A DNA stretch of 6,622 bases, from assembly GCA_020697515.1 (NCBI GenBank), contig JAIXNB010000019.1, positions 1 to 6,622 on the forward strand, read 5' to 3'. Made by a program: the position numbers and the translations under genes. Below the pieces are notes generated by a model. The model made no database searches. It worked only from the letters and a program-made list of their open reading frames with translations, and was not told the DNA's origin. This document shows, piece by piece, positions 6,195 through 6,622 of the stretch; position 1 is the first letter of the stretch; the number at the start of each line of letters is the position of its first letter. Origin of the DNA: Nanobdellota archaeon (GTDB lineage Archaea; Nanobdellota; Nanobdellia; Nanobdellales; Nanobdellaceae).

Positions 6195-6222
6195 TTTTGT
6201 GTTTTGTTGTTTTAACAACAAT
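6195..6222 (+). terminator. T-rich tract plus short palindrome downstream of the PfkB gene; candidate terminator or protein-binding site
   Basis: attttgtgttttgttgtttt (6195-6213) supplies several oligo-T runs ~40-60 nt after the TAA at 6153-6155. TTGTTGTT (6204-6211) and AACAACAA (6214-6221) are exact reverse complements separated by TT. Confidence 0.3.
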
Positions 6223-6243
6223 ACCTCAATTAAATGTAAGCAA

Positions 6244-6256
6244 AATTTTTTAATTT
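6244..6256 (+). promoter_or_regulatory. Candidate TATA box for the SPFH/stomatin gene
   Basis: aattttttaattt, with ttttttaa at 6246-6253, is centred ~25-26 nt upstream of the ATG at 6275. No SD-like motif. Consistent with a leaderless transcript. Confidence 0.3.
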
Positions 6257-6274
6257 GGTTAAATATAAAATGTC

Positions 6275-6622
6275 ATGGGAAACAAAATTCGAAATAAAAA
6301 GCAGTTCACTATATTTATGGTATTGTTAGTATTATCTATAGTACTTATAGCATTTGGGCCAATATTTGTAAAACTCCTAGGACTTTTATTGCTTCTATAT
6401 GTTTTGATGGGTATAAAAATAATCTACGAATACGAGAGAGGTGTTTTATTTATCCTTGGAAGGTACTATGGAATATTGAATCCGGGGCTTGTATGGATAT
6501 TACCTGTACTCCAGGATGTCCAGAAAATTGATTTAAGAATAATATCTATAGATATACCTCCTCAAGAGGTAATAACTAAAGATAATGTACCGGTTAAAGT
6601 AAATGGTGTTGTTTTCTTTAGA
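6275..6622 (+). CDS. SPFH/band-7 (stomatin/prohibitin-like) membrane protein, 5' partial, continuing past the window end
   Basis: Missing from the supplied track because the frame is open to the window edge. My translation: MGNKIRNKKQFTIFMVLLVLSIVLIAFGPIFVKLLGLLLLLYVLMGIKIIYEYERGVLFILGRYYGILNPGLVWILPVLQDVQKIDLRIISIDIPPQEVITKDNVPVKVNGVVFFR. An N-terminal hydrophobic hairpin is followed by the canonical SPFH start (EYERGV.F.LGR…PGL..I.P….VDLR….D.PPQEVITKDNV.V.V..VV..R). An alternative internal start is M15 at 6317. Confidence 0.85.
   Translation, partial: MGNKIRNKKQFTIFMVLLVLSIVLIAFGPIFVKLLGLLLLLYVLMGIKIIYEYERGVLFILGRYYGILNPGLVWILPVLQDVQKIDLRIISIDIPPQEVITKDNVPVKVNGVVFFR

Noticed and set aside
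6011-6253. 80-aa plus-strand ORF overlapping the PfkB 3' end out of frame and extending into the intergenic spacer
   Set aside because: It overlaps the conserved DVTGCGD…AAYL region of the kinase in an alternative frame. Its tail reads through the T-rich terminator-like tract, so it is not credible as a gene.
1-6622. Search for CRISPR repeats, IS elements or terminal inverted repeats, integrase or att sites, tRNA/rRNA, toxin-antitoxin pairs or known defence genes
   Set aside because: No periodic direct repeats. No transposase- or integrase-like ORFs. No GC-rich structured-RNA islands against the AT-rich background. No small paired ORFs of TA type. The window gives no sign of a mobile or accessory island, and composition looks uniform apart from the slightly GC-richer conserved rfcS.

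Overview
Visibly AT-rich archaeal chromosomal window. Evidence for an archaeal origin: an archaeal-type RFC clamp-loader small subunit, no Shine-Dalgarno-like motifs, and A/T-rich TATA-like boxes centred about 24-28 nt upstream of several start codons, which suggests leaderless mRNAs. Content from left to right: (1) the 3' end of an ORF encoding a C-terminal membrane anchor; (2) a tungsten/molybdopterin aldehyde:ferredoxin oxidoreductase (AOR) family enzyme; (3) on the minus strand, rfcS followed 11 bp later by a small N-terminally anchored protein rich in Cys and N-X-T sequons; (4) divergent from rfcS, a tightly packed three-gene plus-strand cluster made of a 139-aa 5-TMS single-EamA (half-size DMT) membrane protein, a 458-aa orphan multidomain protein with a five-bladed propeller-like core, and a short PfkB-family kinase; (5) the 5' part of an SPFH/stomatin-family gene running off the window. 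I found no rRNA, tRNA, CRISPR array, IS or transposase, long repeats or recognisable defence genes. No intergenic segment is GC-rich enough to suggest a structured RNA in this AT-rich background. Most of the window looks like ordinary core chromosome. The best candidate for something undescribed is the 3503-6155 cluster, especially the 458-aa orphan, but the sequence alone does not prove it is a functional system. A possibly altered active site in the AOR paralogue is a second lead. Family assignments rest on motifs read by eye and on remembered homologue sequences, not on database searches.
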